Source: a virus (Duplodnaviria; Caudoviricetes). Taken from it: a stretch of 64,000 nucleotides of DNA. The stretch is taken from positions 29,912-93,911 of the IMG/VR virus record IMGVR_UViG_3300027963_000056; one strand, written 5' to 3'. Positions 1 through 9,575 of this stretch are shown here, piece by piece. How positions within the stretch are numbered: position 1 is the stretch's first letter; every line of letters begins with the position of its first letter. The notes below the pieces were generated by a model. That model saw nothing but the letters and a program-made list of their open reading frames with translations. It did no database searches and was not told where the DNA came from. The translations under genes were made by a program, and so were the position numbers.

Positions 1-1
1 A

Positions 2-442
2 AAGAACCTGGAAGACTTTTTTGAATTACAATATCCCAACAGTCGCAAGATCATGGTAGGTGATGGTCCCATGCTAGAAAAATACCGGAAGCAGTATCCT
101 GATGTGGAGTTTGTGGGATTCAAAACAGGCGCAGAACTGGCCCAATACTATGCCATGGCAGATGTGTTTGTGTTTCCGTCACGCTGGGAAACATTTGGCA
201 TTGTGATGATAGAAGCCATGGCCTGCGGAACACCTGTTGCAGCCTACCCTTGTCAAGGTCCAGAGGATGTGATTGATGAAGGCGTTACAGGTTGTATGAA
301 TGAAGACTTGAAGCAAGCAGTCACTGATTGTTTGTTCTTAAATAGACAACAAGTATGGTCAGGCAGTCAACGTTGGTCATGGGATCGAGCCTGGCACATA
401 TTCCGAGACAATCTCACTCCCAACCACTTGTGGACCAAGTAA
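2..442 (+). CDS. GT-B (GT4) glycosyltransferase, 5'-truncated by window edge
   Basis: Frame open from base 2 (KNLEDFF...). VGDGP, ADVFVFPSRWETFGIVMIEAMACGTPV are GT4 C-terminal motifs. Confidence 0.9.
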   Translation, partial: KNLEDFFELQYPNSRKIMVGDGPMLEKYRKQYPDVEFVGFKTGAELAQYYAMADVFVFPSRWETFGIVMIEAMACGTPVAAYPCQGPEDVIDEGVTGCMNEDLKQAVTDCLFLNRQQVWSGSQRWSWDRAWHIFRDNLTPNHLWTK

Positions 443-461
443 ATAAACCAAAGGAAATTCA

Positions 462-1070
462 ATGAAAGAAATACTACAAACACTTCGCGAGCAACGCTGG
501 GACGACCATCGTTACTATCATCATAGCAGAATCAATCAATTCTTGCACTTGATTTCAGCCACAAGTTTCTTGATTGCCTATGTGTATCTGTTCATTGATC
601 CTGTTGTGAGTGCATACATTGCATGGTTGATTGCCATGACCACTCGTCAAGCCGGACATTTTTTCTTTGAGCCGCACGGCTACGATGAATACAACAAGGC
701 CACATTTGACCACAAAGAAAAAATCAAAATTGGATTTAACTTGAAACGCAAACGTGTGCTACTGACCTGTTGGGCGGCTGTGCCTGTGCTGGCGTACTTT
801 GATGCTGAACTAATGAACCTGCTGATTCCCGACAACGACCCAATGACATTTGTGAATCGCGTGGGCATGGGATGGTTATGGCTGGGTGCGGCCGGTGTTG
901 TGTTTAGAATGATTCAACTGACCGCACTGCAAAGCCGACGAGTTGCACTGGTCTGGTGTCTAAAGATCATAACTGATCCGTTTCACGATGTATGGATCTA
1001 TCGCAAGAGCCCCATATACTTGATGCAGGGCCAGTTGATTGACCCTGACCTTCGCCAAGATTACTCTTGA
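462..1070 (+). CDS. His-rich integral membrane protein, Mpo1/DUF962-like
   Basis: HRYYHHSRINQFLH and RQAGHFFFE motifs plus several hydrophobic segments; TAAATA upstream. Confidence 0.55.
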   Translation: MKEILQTLREQRWDDHRYYHHSRINQFLHLISATSFLIAYVYLFIDPVVSAYIAWLIAMTTRQAGHFFFEPHGYDEYNKATFDHKEKIKIGFNLKRKRVLLTCWAAVPVLAYFDAELMNLLIPDNDPMTFVNRVGMGWLWLGAAGVVFRMIQLTALQSRRVALVWCLKIITDPFHDVWIYRKSPIYLMQGQLIDPDLRQDYS

Positions 1071-1771
1071 TTGCGCAGTCTAGCAAGCCCTAGCAGTCTA
1101 AACAGGCCAAGCCACATCCAGCCTATATCAAACTCCCACCACTTTTTAGAGAGGCGGGCACTCGCTGGGTCCAAGTGGTGGTTGTTATGCAACTCTTCGC
1201 CGCCAATAACAATGCCCCAAGGACTAATATTACGACTATGATCTTTAGTTTTGCCATTTTTATATCCTATCCAATGGCCTAGTCCATTGATAACACCTGC
1301 GGCCCAGAATGGAATCCATATCATCTGGACGCCCCAGATTAACATTCCCCACCAACCAAACACCAAGATGTCTAGCAAAAAGAGAATGCCAATGCCAAGT
1401 CTAGAGTAAGGCTGGTATACGTGAAGCTCCATCCAATCAGCAGGAGTATCACGACCGTATGCGTCAACCATGACTTTATCTTTTGATGCCGCATGATATA
1501 ACATTGCTCCTTTGAATAATACCTGCCATATACCGTACACGTGAGGGGTATGCGGATCACCTTCCACATCACTGTATCTGTGATGTTTGCGATGTATGGC
1601 CACCCACTGTCGGGTTACCATGCCTGTTGTGAGCCATAACCAAAATCTCATGAAATGTTCAAGGATGGGATGAAACTCAATGCCCTTGTGAGCCTGGCCA
1701 CGATGCAAATACAATGTGACACAGACGATGGTAATGTGTGTCATTACCAGTGTTGCGATTAGTTCTGTCAT
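1061..1771 (-). CDS. desA: Membrane fatty-acid (acyl-CoA delta-9 type) desaturase
   Basis: Three His boxes: YLHRGQAH, HRKHH, GEELHNNHH; WWEFDIGW tail. Confidence 0.92.
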   Translation of the reverse strand: MTELIATLVMTHITIVCVTLYLHRGQAHKGIEFHPILEHFMRFWLWLTTGMVTRQWVAIHRKHHRYSDVEGDPHTPHVYGIWQVLFKGAMLYHAASKDKVMVDAYGRDTPADWMELHVYQPYSRLGIGILFLLDILVFGWWGMLIWGVQMIWIPFWAAGVINGLGHWIGYKNGKTKDHSRNISPWGIVIGGEELHNNHHLDPASARLSKKWWEFDIGWMWLGLFRLLGLARLRNQE

Positions 1772-1830
1772 GTTTTATTTACTCATATGTATGTGCTTTT
1801 GTTTTTATAAGTCTGTTCTAAATACGTGAT

Positions 1831-1971
1831 ATGAGTAGTATCTTTGAAGACCTAAACGATCTAGTGACAGATAATCCTGCTGGCAAGGTGCTGGGTGTTA
1901 CTCTATTGATCCTTGTTTTGTCTGGGGCCATTGCTCTGGGCTTTGCCTATTGGCTGACTCACAGACACTAA
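1831..1971 (+). CDS. Small single-pass membrane protein (46 aa, not in ORF track)
   Basis: Hand translation MSSIFEDLNDLVTDNPAGKVLGVTLLILVLSGAIALGFAYWLTHRH; TAAATA just upstream. Confidence 0.6.
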   Translation: MSSIFEDLNDLVTDNPAGKVLGVTLLILVLSGAIALGFAYWLTHRH

Positions 1972-1972
1972 A

Positions 1973-2746
1973 TTATCTTCCTGAATATCGTTTGGGTTCT
2001 GCTTCCTGTTGACGTTGACGTTCTGTTTTGGGTACAATACCTGTGCCTAGTTCAGGATACTTTTGAATTCTGTCTTGTACTACCCATACCATCATCAGTC
2101 CAATGGCACAAGCAATAACAATGGCTGCCACTCCCCACACAGCATTGGCCCACACAGCATCCATGCGTCTGCGATGCCTGACAGCACTGGCATGATCTGC
2201 TCGCATTTGCCGGGCAATAAGAATTTTTTGTTGCTTGCCCATCTTTTCCATCATGTCTTCAACGTCCGAGTGCAAGGCACCCAGTTCAGGAGGCGATTGG
2301 TACACCATTATCTCACGCAGTTCTGTGCCCATCTGTTCCAGTTGTTTTTTCATCAGCACACGCTGTAGAGCACGTTTGCCTAGACTGGCATCACCTTGAT
2401 AGATCTCATGCTCGTGATGTTTTTCTTCCTCCTCAAATATGGCCATACACTTGTAGTAGTTGTCATAGTAGGCACCCAGGTGCTCGCCTAGTTCAGTATA
2501 GATGCCTGCAGTCTCACCATCGCGTTTGTTCAATTCTATCACACGATTTTTTTCTTTTACAAACTGATTACGTGCTTCTACACTTGCGGGTTTGTCTTTG
2601 TGTGCGTTGTGAAACTGCTCGTCGAGATCCTTGAGAACAGCCTTGACATCGCCTGAGGCACCTTTGATGTCCTTGTACAGTTGACAGCCTTTTTTCACAG
2701 CGGCAACCGCTGTATTGGCCAGAGCAAATAATGTTATGGGATCCAT
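1973..2746 (-). CDS. Hypothetical coiled-coil protein with C-terminal TM segment
   Basis: 257-aa ORF, helical, hydrophobic stretch VWGVAAIVIACAIGLMMVWVV. Confidence 0.8.
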   Translation of the reverse strand: MDPITLFALANTAVAAVKKGCQLYKDIKGASGDVKAVLKDLDEQFHNAHKDKPASVEARNQFVKEKNRVIELNKRDGETAGIYTELGEHLGAYYDNYYKCMAIFEEEEKHHEHEIYQGDASLGKRALQRVLMKKQLEQMGTELREIMVYQSPPELGALHSDVEDMMEKMGKQQKILIARQMRADHASAVRHRRRMDAVWANAVWGVAAIVIACAIGLMMVWVVQDRIQKYPELGTGIVPKTERQRQQEAEPKRYSGR

Positions 2747-3000
2747 TACTTTATCTCTTTCTTCAACCGATACTCAACACAGATCAAGATTCTATTGTTG
2801 ATGTCACCAATCCAGGCAGTTCTTACACATTCGGCAATGCCGTGGTTGAGTCGGACTTCTCGTTCTCTAGAGGGTAGTTCTTGGGCAACACTGGGTCGAT
2901 TGCCTCCGTACATGGGTGAACTTGATACCATCGCGGAAGCACATAGTATTAGCAATGATACTAAGATTACAGTTCTATAGATGGCCCCATATTTTTTCAT
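2746..3000 (-). CDS. Hypothetical secreted/membrane protein
   Basis: N-terminal hydrophobic segment, GGAG RBS, stop overlaps next start. Confidence 0.65.
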   Translation of the reverse strand: MKKYGAIYRTVILVSLLILCASAMVSSSPMYGGNRPSVAQELPSREREVRLNHGIAECVRTAWIGDINNRILICVEYRLKKEIK

Positions 3001-3069
3001 TGTACTCCATGCCCTTGTTGTTCAGGGCTTAGAGTATTTACAGGATCCTGGTGCTAGATTAAACTGGGT

Positions 3070-3615
3070 TTAAAACAAGGTGGGAATCCAGAGCCAGATG
3101 GCCTGACTCATCAGCACCATTGCGATGCCGCCTACGTACAAACTGGCTGTATACAAGCGATTGTTCACTGCCAATATACTAGCACTTAATAACACAATGG
3201 CAATCTGGAATAGTGATCCAGCAAATGTATACCAAGGGCTACGTTGTTTGGCCACAGCACGATCTGCTTCTAGAGCACGAGCCTTGGCCATAAGTTCTTT
3301 CTTGCCTTCGCCTGTTACAGGATCTGATTCATAACGTGCAATCTTCTTGCTGAGTGAGGCAACCTTGTTCACATCCTTACGAGCCATAGCATCATCTAAT
3401 GACATTTCGGCCAAGGTACCCTTGATTGATTTTGCTTGATAAAATGCCCAAGTGTTGTTGGCTTCGATTGTGTCGTTTAGTATACGACCCGAGTTGCCAC
3501 TGCCTAGATATGTGTTGATGGCCAAAAATGCCGCGAATACAACAATTACCCATCCTGCTTTATCTTTGATGACGGCTTCACGTTCTGAGCGTGAGAGTGA
3601 TTTTTGTTCTGCCAT
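3070..3615 (-). CDS. DUF4337-like membrane protein
   Basis: WAFYQAKSIK motif, QIAIVLLSASIL, three TM segments. Confidence 0.75.
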   Translation of the reverse strand: MAEQKSLSRSEREAVIKDKAGWVIVVFAAFLAINTYLGSGNSGRILNDTIEANNTWAFYQAKSIKGTLAEMSLDDAMARKDVNKVASLSKKIARYESDPVTGEGKKELMAKARALEADRAVAKQRSPWYTFAGSLFQIAIVLLSASILAVNNRLYTASLYVGGIAMVLMSQAIWLWIPTLF

Positions 3616-3633
3616 GATCGTTTCCTTTGTGTA

Positions 3634-3894
3634 TTATTCAGCCAGGGGTTTTTTGGCTCGTGGTTTTTTGGACGCCACTGCTGGTTTTGCAACAGGTGCC
3701 GCTTTGGGCCGGGCAGGTGCTCGGGGCTTTTTGACAGGAGCAGTTGTGGCTACTGGAGCGGGTTCCGGAACAATTTCAGTTGCTTTGGGAAATGGCCAAT
3801 CGGTGCTGGGTGCTTCCACTTTGTATGGTGCTGTTGGTGGCAAGGTATCTGGGTGTTTTGGCTTGGCAAAAAAGCCTTTTAAAAATCGTAACAT
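3634..3894 (-). CDS. Hypothetical Pro/Ala/Lys-rich protein
   Basis: AGGAG RBS, TAAATA upstream, basic low-complexity tail. Confidence 0.75.
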   Translation of the reverse strand: MLRFLKGFFAKPKHPDTLPPTAPYKVEAPSTDWPFPKATEIVPEPAPVATTAPVKKPRAPARPKAAPVAKPAVASKKPRAKKPLAE

Positions 3895-4035
3895 ATGGTT
3901 CTCCTGTGCAGTTATTTATTAGTGATCGCTCACTAGAGAAAACCATTGATTTGTGGTTGCGAAATCATATATAATACTACATAGGACGCTGGACAGGCCG
4001 GGTCCTATAGTAAACTCGCTTTATAGGAGAACCAT

Positions 4036-4311
4036 ATGTTTACAGCAGACGCAATCATCGACACCGTTCAAACCGGTAAAAAAACTTTCGTTAACACATT
4101 CGTTACAAACGAAACTGCCAAAGAATCAATGATCAAATTCATTGACGCACAAGCAGACTATACCAAACGAGCCGCCAAGGTTGGTACAGATACTTTCACT
4201 ACACTTACAACTGAAGCAGTCAAAGCAGTTCAAGAAGCCGCTAAATTTGACTATTTCAAATCATGCGAAGATTTCTTCAAGGCGCTCAAGCCAGCAACCG
4301 CTAAAAAGTAA
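4036..4311 (+). CDS. Hypothetical helical protein, possibly phasin-like
   Basis: Strong AGGAGA RBS; amphipathic Ala/Thr/Lys-rich helices; function is a guess. Confidence 0.7.
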   Translation: MFTADAIIDTVQTGKKTFVNTFVTNETAKESMIKFIDAQADYTKRAAKVGTDTFTTLTTEAVKAVQEAAKFDYFKSCEDFFKALKPATAKK

Positions 4312-4325
4312 TACTCAAGTATTAC
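4308..4325. promoter_or_regulatory. 18-bp palindrome GTAATACT-CA-AGTATTAC
   Basis: Perfect inverted repeat; variants at 12542, 22706, 26352. Confidence 0.7.
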
Positions 4326-4332
4326 AATTTGC

Positions 4333-4358
4333 AAGGCCCCAGATTTTGGGGCTTTCTC
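4333..4358 (+). terminator. Probable intrinsic terminator
   Basis: GGCCCCA-GATTT-TGGGGCT hairpin followed by TTCTCTT. Confidence 0.6.
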
Positions 4359-4387
4359 TTGACCAATAATTCGTCATTTGCTATAAT
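4359..4387 (+). promoter_or_regulatory. sigma70-type early promoter
   Basis: TTGACC-N17-TATAAT. Confidence 0.85.
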
Positions 4388-4393
4388 ACGGCT

Positions 4394-4813
4394 ATGGACA
4401 CAAAACTTTACTTCGGCTACGGCATGAACACCAACTTGCATGAGATGGCGTATCGGTGTCCGCAGGCCCAGAGCCTTGGCCCTGCACGACTGCTAGATAA
4501 TGCGTTTCGCTTTGCTATTCATGCTGATGTGGTAGTGGTTCCTGACTGCTATGTGGACGGAGTGCTGTGGTCAATCACCGAAGAATGTTTACAGAAACTG
4601 GATGCCTTAGAAGGCTTCCCACACTACTACAATCGCATTGAGATGGTGGTAGAACACAACGGCGAGACGAAAGATGCCATTGTGTATTTTATGAATCCAG
4701 GTCAGGCAGATGGATTGCCTGGGCAAGGTTATTTTGATCTGGTACTAGAAGGTTACACCCAACACGGTGTGCCCACTGATCAGTTGTACAACGCTCTGGA
4801 GTTATGGGCATGA
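4394..4813 (+). CDS. Gamma-glutamylcyclotransferase (AIG2-like) family protein
   Basis: YFGYGMN, VDGVLW, LDALEGFPHYY motifs. Confidence 0.85.
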   Translation: MDTKLYFGYGMNTNLHEMAYRCPQAQSLGPARLLDNAFRFAIHADVVVVPDCYVDGVLWSITEECLQKLDALEGFPHYYNRIEMVVEHNGETKDAIVYFMNPGQADGLPGQGYFDLVLEGYTQHGVPTDQLYNALELWA

Positions 4814-5055
4814 TCGGTCGACTGCTACCCATCGTGTTGCTCACTGGTTGTGCCGCAACCGTGAACTACAATCCACCCGCCAGTGTGTCAGCCATGCCCA
4901 ATGATTGTGCCAATCAAGTGGCCATGATCAATTGGTTGGAAACCCAAGCCCGCGTCCCACGTCACTCCCTAGAAAGGCAAGAAGATTATGAAACCAGCCG
5001 TGCATCGTTCCGTCATCGCATCTGGCATTTGCGTTATGTGTGTCGTCCTGTTTAG
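4810..5055 (+). CDS. Small lipoprotein
   Basis: Lipobox LLTGC; ATGA overlap with upstream stop. Confidence 0.7.
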   Translation: MIGRLLPIVLLTGCAATVNYNPPASVSAMPNDCANQVAMINWLETQARVPRHSLERQEDYETSRASFRHRIWHLRYVCRPV

Positions 5056-5314
5056 TGGCTGTGCCAATCAAATTGATCCCCGTCGTGTGCCGATGAGCAC
5101 TCGAGACCTCAATCACTTTCAAGTTGATTGCAGAATCAAATCACAGCAGGTGGCCATGTTGCAAAGCATGAGACAAAGCCGTGATGAACAATTTGCCTCC
5201 AGCATGCGAAGCACGTTTCGTCCATTCTCATGGACACCAGATCATGACATTGCACACAACCACCCCAACAAGTATATTGACTTCCATCTTAACCAATTGA
5301 GTTACTGCCAATGA
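4988..5314 (+). CDS. Small lipoprotein (paralogue of 4810..5055)
   Basis: Lipobox LFSGC; shared DC..QVAM..L.Y.C pattern; exact start uncertain. Confidence 0.65.
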   Translation: MKPAVHRSVIASGICVMCVVLFSGCANQIDPRRVPMSTRDLNHFQVDCRIKSQQVAMLQSMRQSRDEQFASSMRSTFRPFSWTPDHDIAHNHPNKYIDFHLNQLSYCQ

Positions 5315-5871
5315 AACGATTGCTATTAGCGGCCCTGATTCCCATACTGGCACAGGCCGAATGTGTGATGACTGATCGCACCACTACTTCGGCCACAGTG
5401 AGAATTGAAGAACGCAGTGACGTTCGCAAGGACATTGTGCCCAGTCCCAGCCAAGGATATCGCAGATGCCAAGTGAGTTACAAAGCCAGAATTGGTGCTC
5501 AGTGGTACTTGGCCACAGGCGTGTATGATTGGCCGGGCAACGCACCTGACACCGAAGCCTGTGCTGTGGCCATGAGCCGAGCAGATGCCAGTGTAAGAAC
5601 ACATGTGGCTCCAGTTGGTGTGCGTGGAGAAAGCACCATGGTCTGTACTGATCGCCCCAATATGGACACCCTAAGACGAACAGCAGTGGGCACACAAGGA
5701 CGCCTGCACCAGTTTAGGCCGCACCCGGATTATCCTCGAGAGTTCTGGCACAATGGCACTCGGTGCCGTTGGTTTTTGGATACCGAATGGGCCCAGACCG
5801 ATGTGGTCACACGTCAAGGCATTATCTGCAGATTGGAAACGGATCAGTGGGTAGTGGTTGACAAAATATAA
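5311..5871 (+). CDS. Secreted Cys-containing hypothetical protein
   Basis: Signal peptide MKRLLLAALIPILAQA; six Cys. Confidence 0.8.
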   Translation: MKRLLLAALIPILAQAECVMTDRTTTSATVRIEERSDVRKDIVPSPSQGYRRCQVSYKARIGAQWYLATGVYDWPGNAPDTEACAVAMSRADASVRTHVAPVGVRGESTMVCTDRPNMDTLRRTAVGTQGRLHQFRPHPDYPREFWHNGTRCRWFLDTEWAQTDVVTRQGIICRLETDQWVVVDKI

Positions 5872-5886
5872 TCAATCCTGTATAAT
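5858..5886 (+). promoter_or_regulatory. sigma70-type promoter
   Basis: TTGACA-N17-TATAAT (perfect consensus). Confidence 0.85.
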
Positions 5887-5919
5887 TTAACTATCGTAAA
5901 ACTAACCTGAAAGGTATGT

Positions 5920-6726
5920 ATGTTAATCAAGCGTTTATCAACCGTGGCCGTGGCAGTGAGTCTTGTGGCCTGTGCCAGCACACAAAAGGCCGAAACAATA
6001 GCACCTACGCCGGCTCCGGCTGCTCGAGTGGTTGAGATTGCGCCACCGCCGCATCCTTACGCCTTGCCCCAGGCACAGGCTCGAGTGGTACCGCAGGCAC
6101 CTGCTTGGTTTGTGAACTTGCCCCCAGACACTGAAGACATGACATTTGCTGTGGGCACTGCAACATCAACAGATGAGCAGATGGCCTACGACAAAGCACG
6201 TATGGCCGCAGAGCGCAAACTGGTTGAACAAATGTACAGCCGTATTACAACACAGACCAACAGTTACAAAGCCGATCGTGGAAGTGTCACAATCGAAAAC
6301 TATCAACAAGTCACTCGCAAAAATGCCAATGGCGAATTGAGTGGCGCCCAACGAGTTGACAGTCAGGCCACACATGATGGTCAGTACTACAAGGTCTATG
6401 TGTTATTGCGTTTGCCTACAGGCGCCAACAATGCAATGCAAACACGCAGAGATCAAACTCGTATGCAACGTGAAGCAGAGATCCGTGGTCGCGCCGCAGA
6501 GCGTGATATGGACGCCAACGAAGCCCGTGATTCCAAGCGTGAGCAAGATGCTGATTCTGCACTTGAGCGTAGATTGACTCCACAGAGCCGAGTTGCTCCT
6601 GTAATTGTGCCCACAACGTCAGGTGAAGTCAAGTTACTTGATGTGGACAATGCTGAATACCGACAAAAACGGGATGAAGCACTGGCCAAACCCGGTGCAG
6701 TAATCGGCCAAACCACCGTACGATAA
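5920..6726 (+). CDS. Lipoprotein, LPP20-like domain
   Basis: Lipobox LVAC; PAWF...FAVGTATS...AYDKARMAA...YKVYVLL pattern. Confidence 0.7.
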   Translation: MLIKRLSTVAVAVSLVACASTQKAETIAPTPAPAARVVEIAPPPHPYALPQAQARVVPQAPAWFVNLPPDTEDMTFAVGTATSTDEQMAYDKARMAAERKLVEQMYSRITTQTNSYKADRGSVTIENYQQVTRKNANGELSGAQRVDSQATHDGQYYKVYVLLRLPTGANNAMQTRRDQTRMQREAEIRGRAAERDMDANEARDSKREQDADSALERRLTPQSRVAPVIVPTTSGEVKLLDVDNAEYRQKRDEALAKPGAVIGQTTVR

Positions 6727-6732
6727 ACGGCG

Positions 6733-6740
6733 TATAAATA
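6733..6740 (+). promoter_or_regulatory. T4-like late promoter
   Basis: TATAAATA ahead of clpP-like gene. Confidence 0.65.
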
Positions 6741-6774
6741 GAAGCGGTGCCAACAACACCGCTTTTCCTCTTTT

Positions 6775-7356
6775 ATGATCATGCCAACTATTGAAACTAC
6801 CCCGACAGAACAAACTCACGCCCAAGCACTTGCCGATTCCGGCATGTATGTTTTCATGGGAGATGTAGATGAAGAAAGTATCAAACCAGTTGTGGAATGG
6901 TTGCTTTACGAAAACTATGTGACCAAGAAAAAGAAAAAAGAACTACTGCTCATGGTCTGCTCCAACGGAGGAGACATGGGTGCGGCCTTTGCCTTGATTG
7001 ATGTCATGATGAGTTCTCGAATTCCAGTAAAAACTGTGGGACTAGGAACCATTGCATCAGCAGGCTTGCTAATCTTCATATCCGGCACTCACGGACGCCG
7101 GGTGCTCACTCCCAACACAAGTATTCTAAGCCATCAGTTCTCATGGTACAACGAAGGCAAGGCACATGAGTTGTTTGCTACCATGCGTGAGTTTGAACTC
7201 ACACAGGCTCGAATGATTGCACACTATGAATTGTGTACAGGACTGGGTCGGGAAGAAATACGCACGAACCTGTTGCCACCACAAGACATCTGGCTGTCAG
7301 CCCAAGAAGCACTAGCACTGGGCATCTGCGATGACATCAGTGTGGTCAAGAGTTAA
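6775..7356 (+). CDS. Divergent ClpP-family (S14) protease
   Basis: CSNGG, IASAG (Ser), SHQ (His), DIWLSAQEAL..G..D (Asp). Confidence 0.88.
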   Translation: MIMPTIETTPTEQTHAQALADSGMYVFMGDVDEESIKPVVEWLLYENYVTKKKKKELLLMVCSNGGDMGAAFALIDVMMSSRIPVKTVGLGTIASAGLLIFISGTHGRRVLTPNTSILSHQFSWYNEGKAHELFATMREFELTQARMIAHYELCTGLGREEIRTNLLPPQDIWLSAQEALALGICDDISVVKS

Positions 7357-8933
7357 CCTTTTTTCTTACGTCCCAGCGTCTTTTCGTCAAAGTCGGGCTC
7401 TTGACTTTGTCTGGATGCTCGAGCACCTGGACCAGACAGTCTAGGTTCAGAACCTACCTGATCAAGTTTTGCATTCTCAGCATCAGTGTCGCCTACCGCA
7501 GTGGTGGTTACATCAGTATCCTTATTGCCACCACCGTTGTAACTAAAACTCACACGCCCAATAATACCGGTAGCCGCATAAACTTTAGTAGCATCTAGTC
7601 CCACAGTTCCTTTGAAATCTGGCGGATATTTACTGGTAAATCCAGTGACAGTATAATTGCCGGATTTTTCAGACCCGTTTAGGTGCAACTGAATAATAGG
7701 ACTGGAGTTAAGAAACTTTAAACAAGCCTCACCAAACTTGGGATCTGAATTTACGTTCTTGGCCACACGTCGAGCCAAGGCGGCCAAAGTGTGATACCCT
7801 GTATTGTAACGTGGGTTATCTGTTTTGGCATTGATGTCACCCATAAGATCCAGGATAGTCGGATTGGTAGGTGTGGCATTGGTTTTAACCAACTGCTTTA
7901 TTTCTGCTCCAGTGTCCTGATCAATGATGCCTTGCTCTATGCCATACACTATGGGAAAGTCTATAGCACTCATGGATCCAATTTTTTCAATAATTTCCAC
8001 CTGCGACGCATACGTGTCAAGCAACTCAGTCATGCCCTTGTTACGTGCAGTAGTCACACCATCCGAAATATTTTTAACTGATGCCGACGCACCTTTTTCA
8101 CCCTTGCTAGAGATACCAATCTCTATACCACTTGGATGAAACAAGTAACTGTCTACTAGACCGTTGTTTTTGTCAGCTGGGAAATTGATCGCGCTTCCAT
8201 CATAGGTACCATCTTTGCCAAGTATATCTTTACGTGCGGCTTCAGCACCCACTCCCATATCCATGCCCTGGATCAAAGCAATAGGCCCAATGGTTTCTCC
8301 TAGGTCATCACGCACAGCAGTGACCATGTCGCCCATGTTTTCAAACTTTGGCAATTGACCAGCCAGCAACTGATCCATGCCAGGTCGTACTTTATCAATG
8401 CTGGCCATTTGATCGGGTGTTGTTCCTGGTCTAGTGCCCATGGCAGCCACGGTATCTGATGGAGTATCGAACGTAGAATTTGCTGGAAACAAGTCAGCAG
8501 GTTTGAGTTTGTAATACGCACCTTTTAAACTTACTGCTTTGTTCAATTGCCAACCTCCGGGCAGTTCGGAGTTTTTCCAAAAGCCCGCCATGTCAGGTTT
8601 TATTTCATTGAAAAATCTACCAAAATATGTTTGTTGCCCGGCCTCGGGACCGTTGAATGTAACAATAGCAAAGGCCTTGCTGGCTTGTGTGGGTTTGTTA
8701 CTCCAAGTAATACTGGGATATTGTTTGAACAAATCTGCACCTGTTAGCGACATTTCATCATAGTTGGCATAGGCACCTGGCATGCCAGGAAAGTAGTCAA
8801 CCTTGTCAAATACAATTTCAGCAGTGGGGTTATCCTTGGATCCTTGGAAAAACGAGTCGCCCGCATCGCGATACAATAGGCCACGACTTTTTTCCATAAG
8901 AACATTATCAAGTAAATTGAGTAGATCACGCAT
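7353..8933 (-). CDS. 526-aa late protein, putative internal virion protein with possible PD-(D/E)xK-like nuclease core
   Basis: Long ORF; TAAGTA upstream; leader [14 protein letters not shown]; DLGE...GLVDSY...GISSK pattern. Confidence 0.6.
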   Translation of the reverse strand: MRDLLNLLDNVLMEKSRGLLYRDAGDSFFQGSKDNPTAEIVFDKVDYFPGMPGAYANYDEMSLTGADLFKQYPSITWSNKPTQASKAFAIVTFNGPEAGQQTYFGRFFNEIKPDMAGFWKNSELPGGWQLNKAVSLKGAYYKLKPADLFPANSTFDTPSDTVAAMGTRPGTTPDQMASIDKVRPGMDQLLAGQLPKFENMGDMVTAVRDDLGETIGPIALIQGMDMGVGAEAARKDILGKDGTYDGSAINFPADKNNGLVDSYLFHPSGIEIGISSKGEKGASASVKNISDGVTTARNKGMTELLDTYASQVEIIEKIGSMSAIDFPIVYGIEQGIIDQDTGAEIKQLVKTNATPTNPTILDLMGDINAKTDNPRYNTGYHTLAALARRVAKNVNSDPKFGEACLKFLNSSPIIQLHLNGSEKSGNYTVTGFTSKYPPDFKGTVGLDATKVYAATGIIGRVSFSYNGGGNKDTDVTTTAVGDTDAENAKLDQVGSEPRLSGPGARASRQSQEPDFDEKTLGRKKKG

Positions 8934-8984
8934 TGTTTTTTCCGTAAGAATATGTTATACTTATGCTTTGAACAAGGAGACCCC

Positions 8985-9575
8985 ATGCCAAATCTAGTGC
9001 CAATTGTGCTTGAACAAACCTCAAAAGGTGAACGCAGTTATGACATCTACAGCCGATTACTAAAAGACCGTGTGATCATGCTGGACACAGAAGTATCAGA
9101 ACACACAGCCAGTTTGCTGGTAGCACAGATGTTGTTTTTGGAAAGTGAAAATCCAGACAAAGACATCAGCCTGTATATTAACTCGCCTGGCGGATCAGTC
9201 ACAGCAGGCATGGCCATCTACGACACCATGCAGTTTATTCGATGTGACGTACAGACCATTGTGATGGGACAAGCATGTTCCATGGGAAGTCTGCTAAGTA
9301 CAGCAGGAGCCGCAGGCAAGCGCATGATTCTGCCCCATGCTCGACACATGATTCACCAACCATCAGGTGGTGCTTCAGGACAAGCCACAGACATCCAAAT
9401 CCAAGCAAGAGAAATCCAAAAGATGAAAGAATATCTTACTACGATCTATGTCAAGCACAACTCAGCGGGCAAAACCTTTGAGCAGTTGAGTGCAGACATG
9501 GAACGTGATTTCTTTATGTCAGCTCAAGAAGCCTTGGACTATGGATTAGTGGACAAGATACTCGACAAACGTTAA
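8985..9575 (+). CDS. clpP: ATP-dependent Clp protease proteolytic subunit
   Basis: [53 protein letters not shown]; start set at ATG after AGGAGA. Confidence 0.96.
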   Translation: MPNLVPIVLEQTSKGERSYDIYSRLLKDRVIMLDTEVSEHTASLLVAQMLFLESENPDKDISLYINSPGGSVTAGMAIYDTMQFIRCDVQTIVMGQACSMGSLLSTAGAAGKRMILPHARHMIHQPSGGASGQATDIQIQAREIQKMKEYLTTIYVKHNSAGKTFEQLSADMERDFFMSAQEALDYGLVDKILDKR

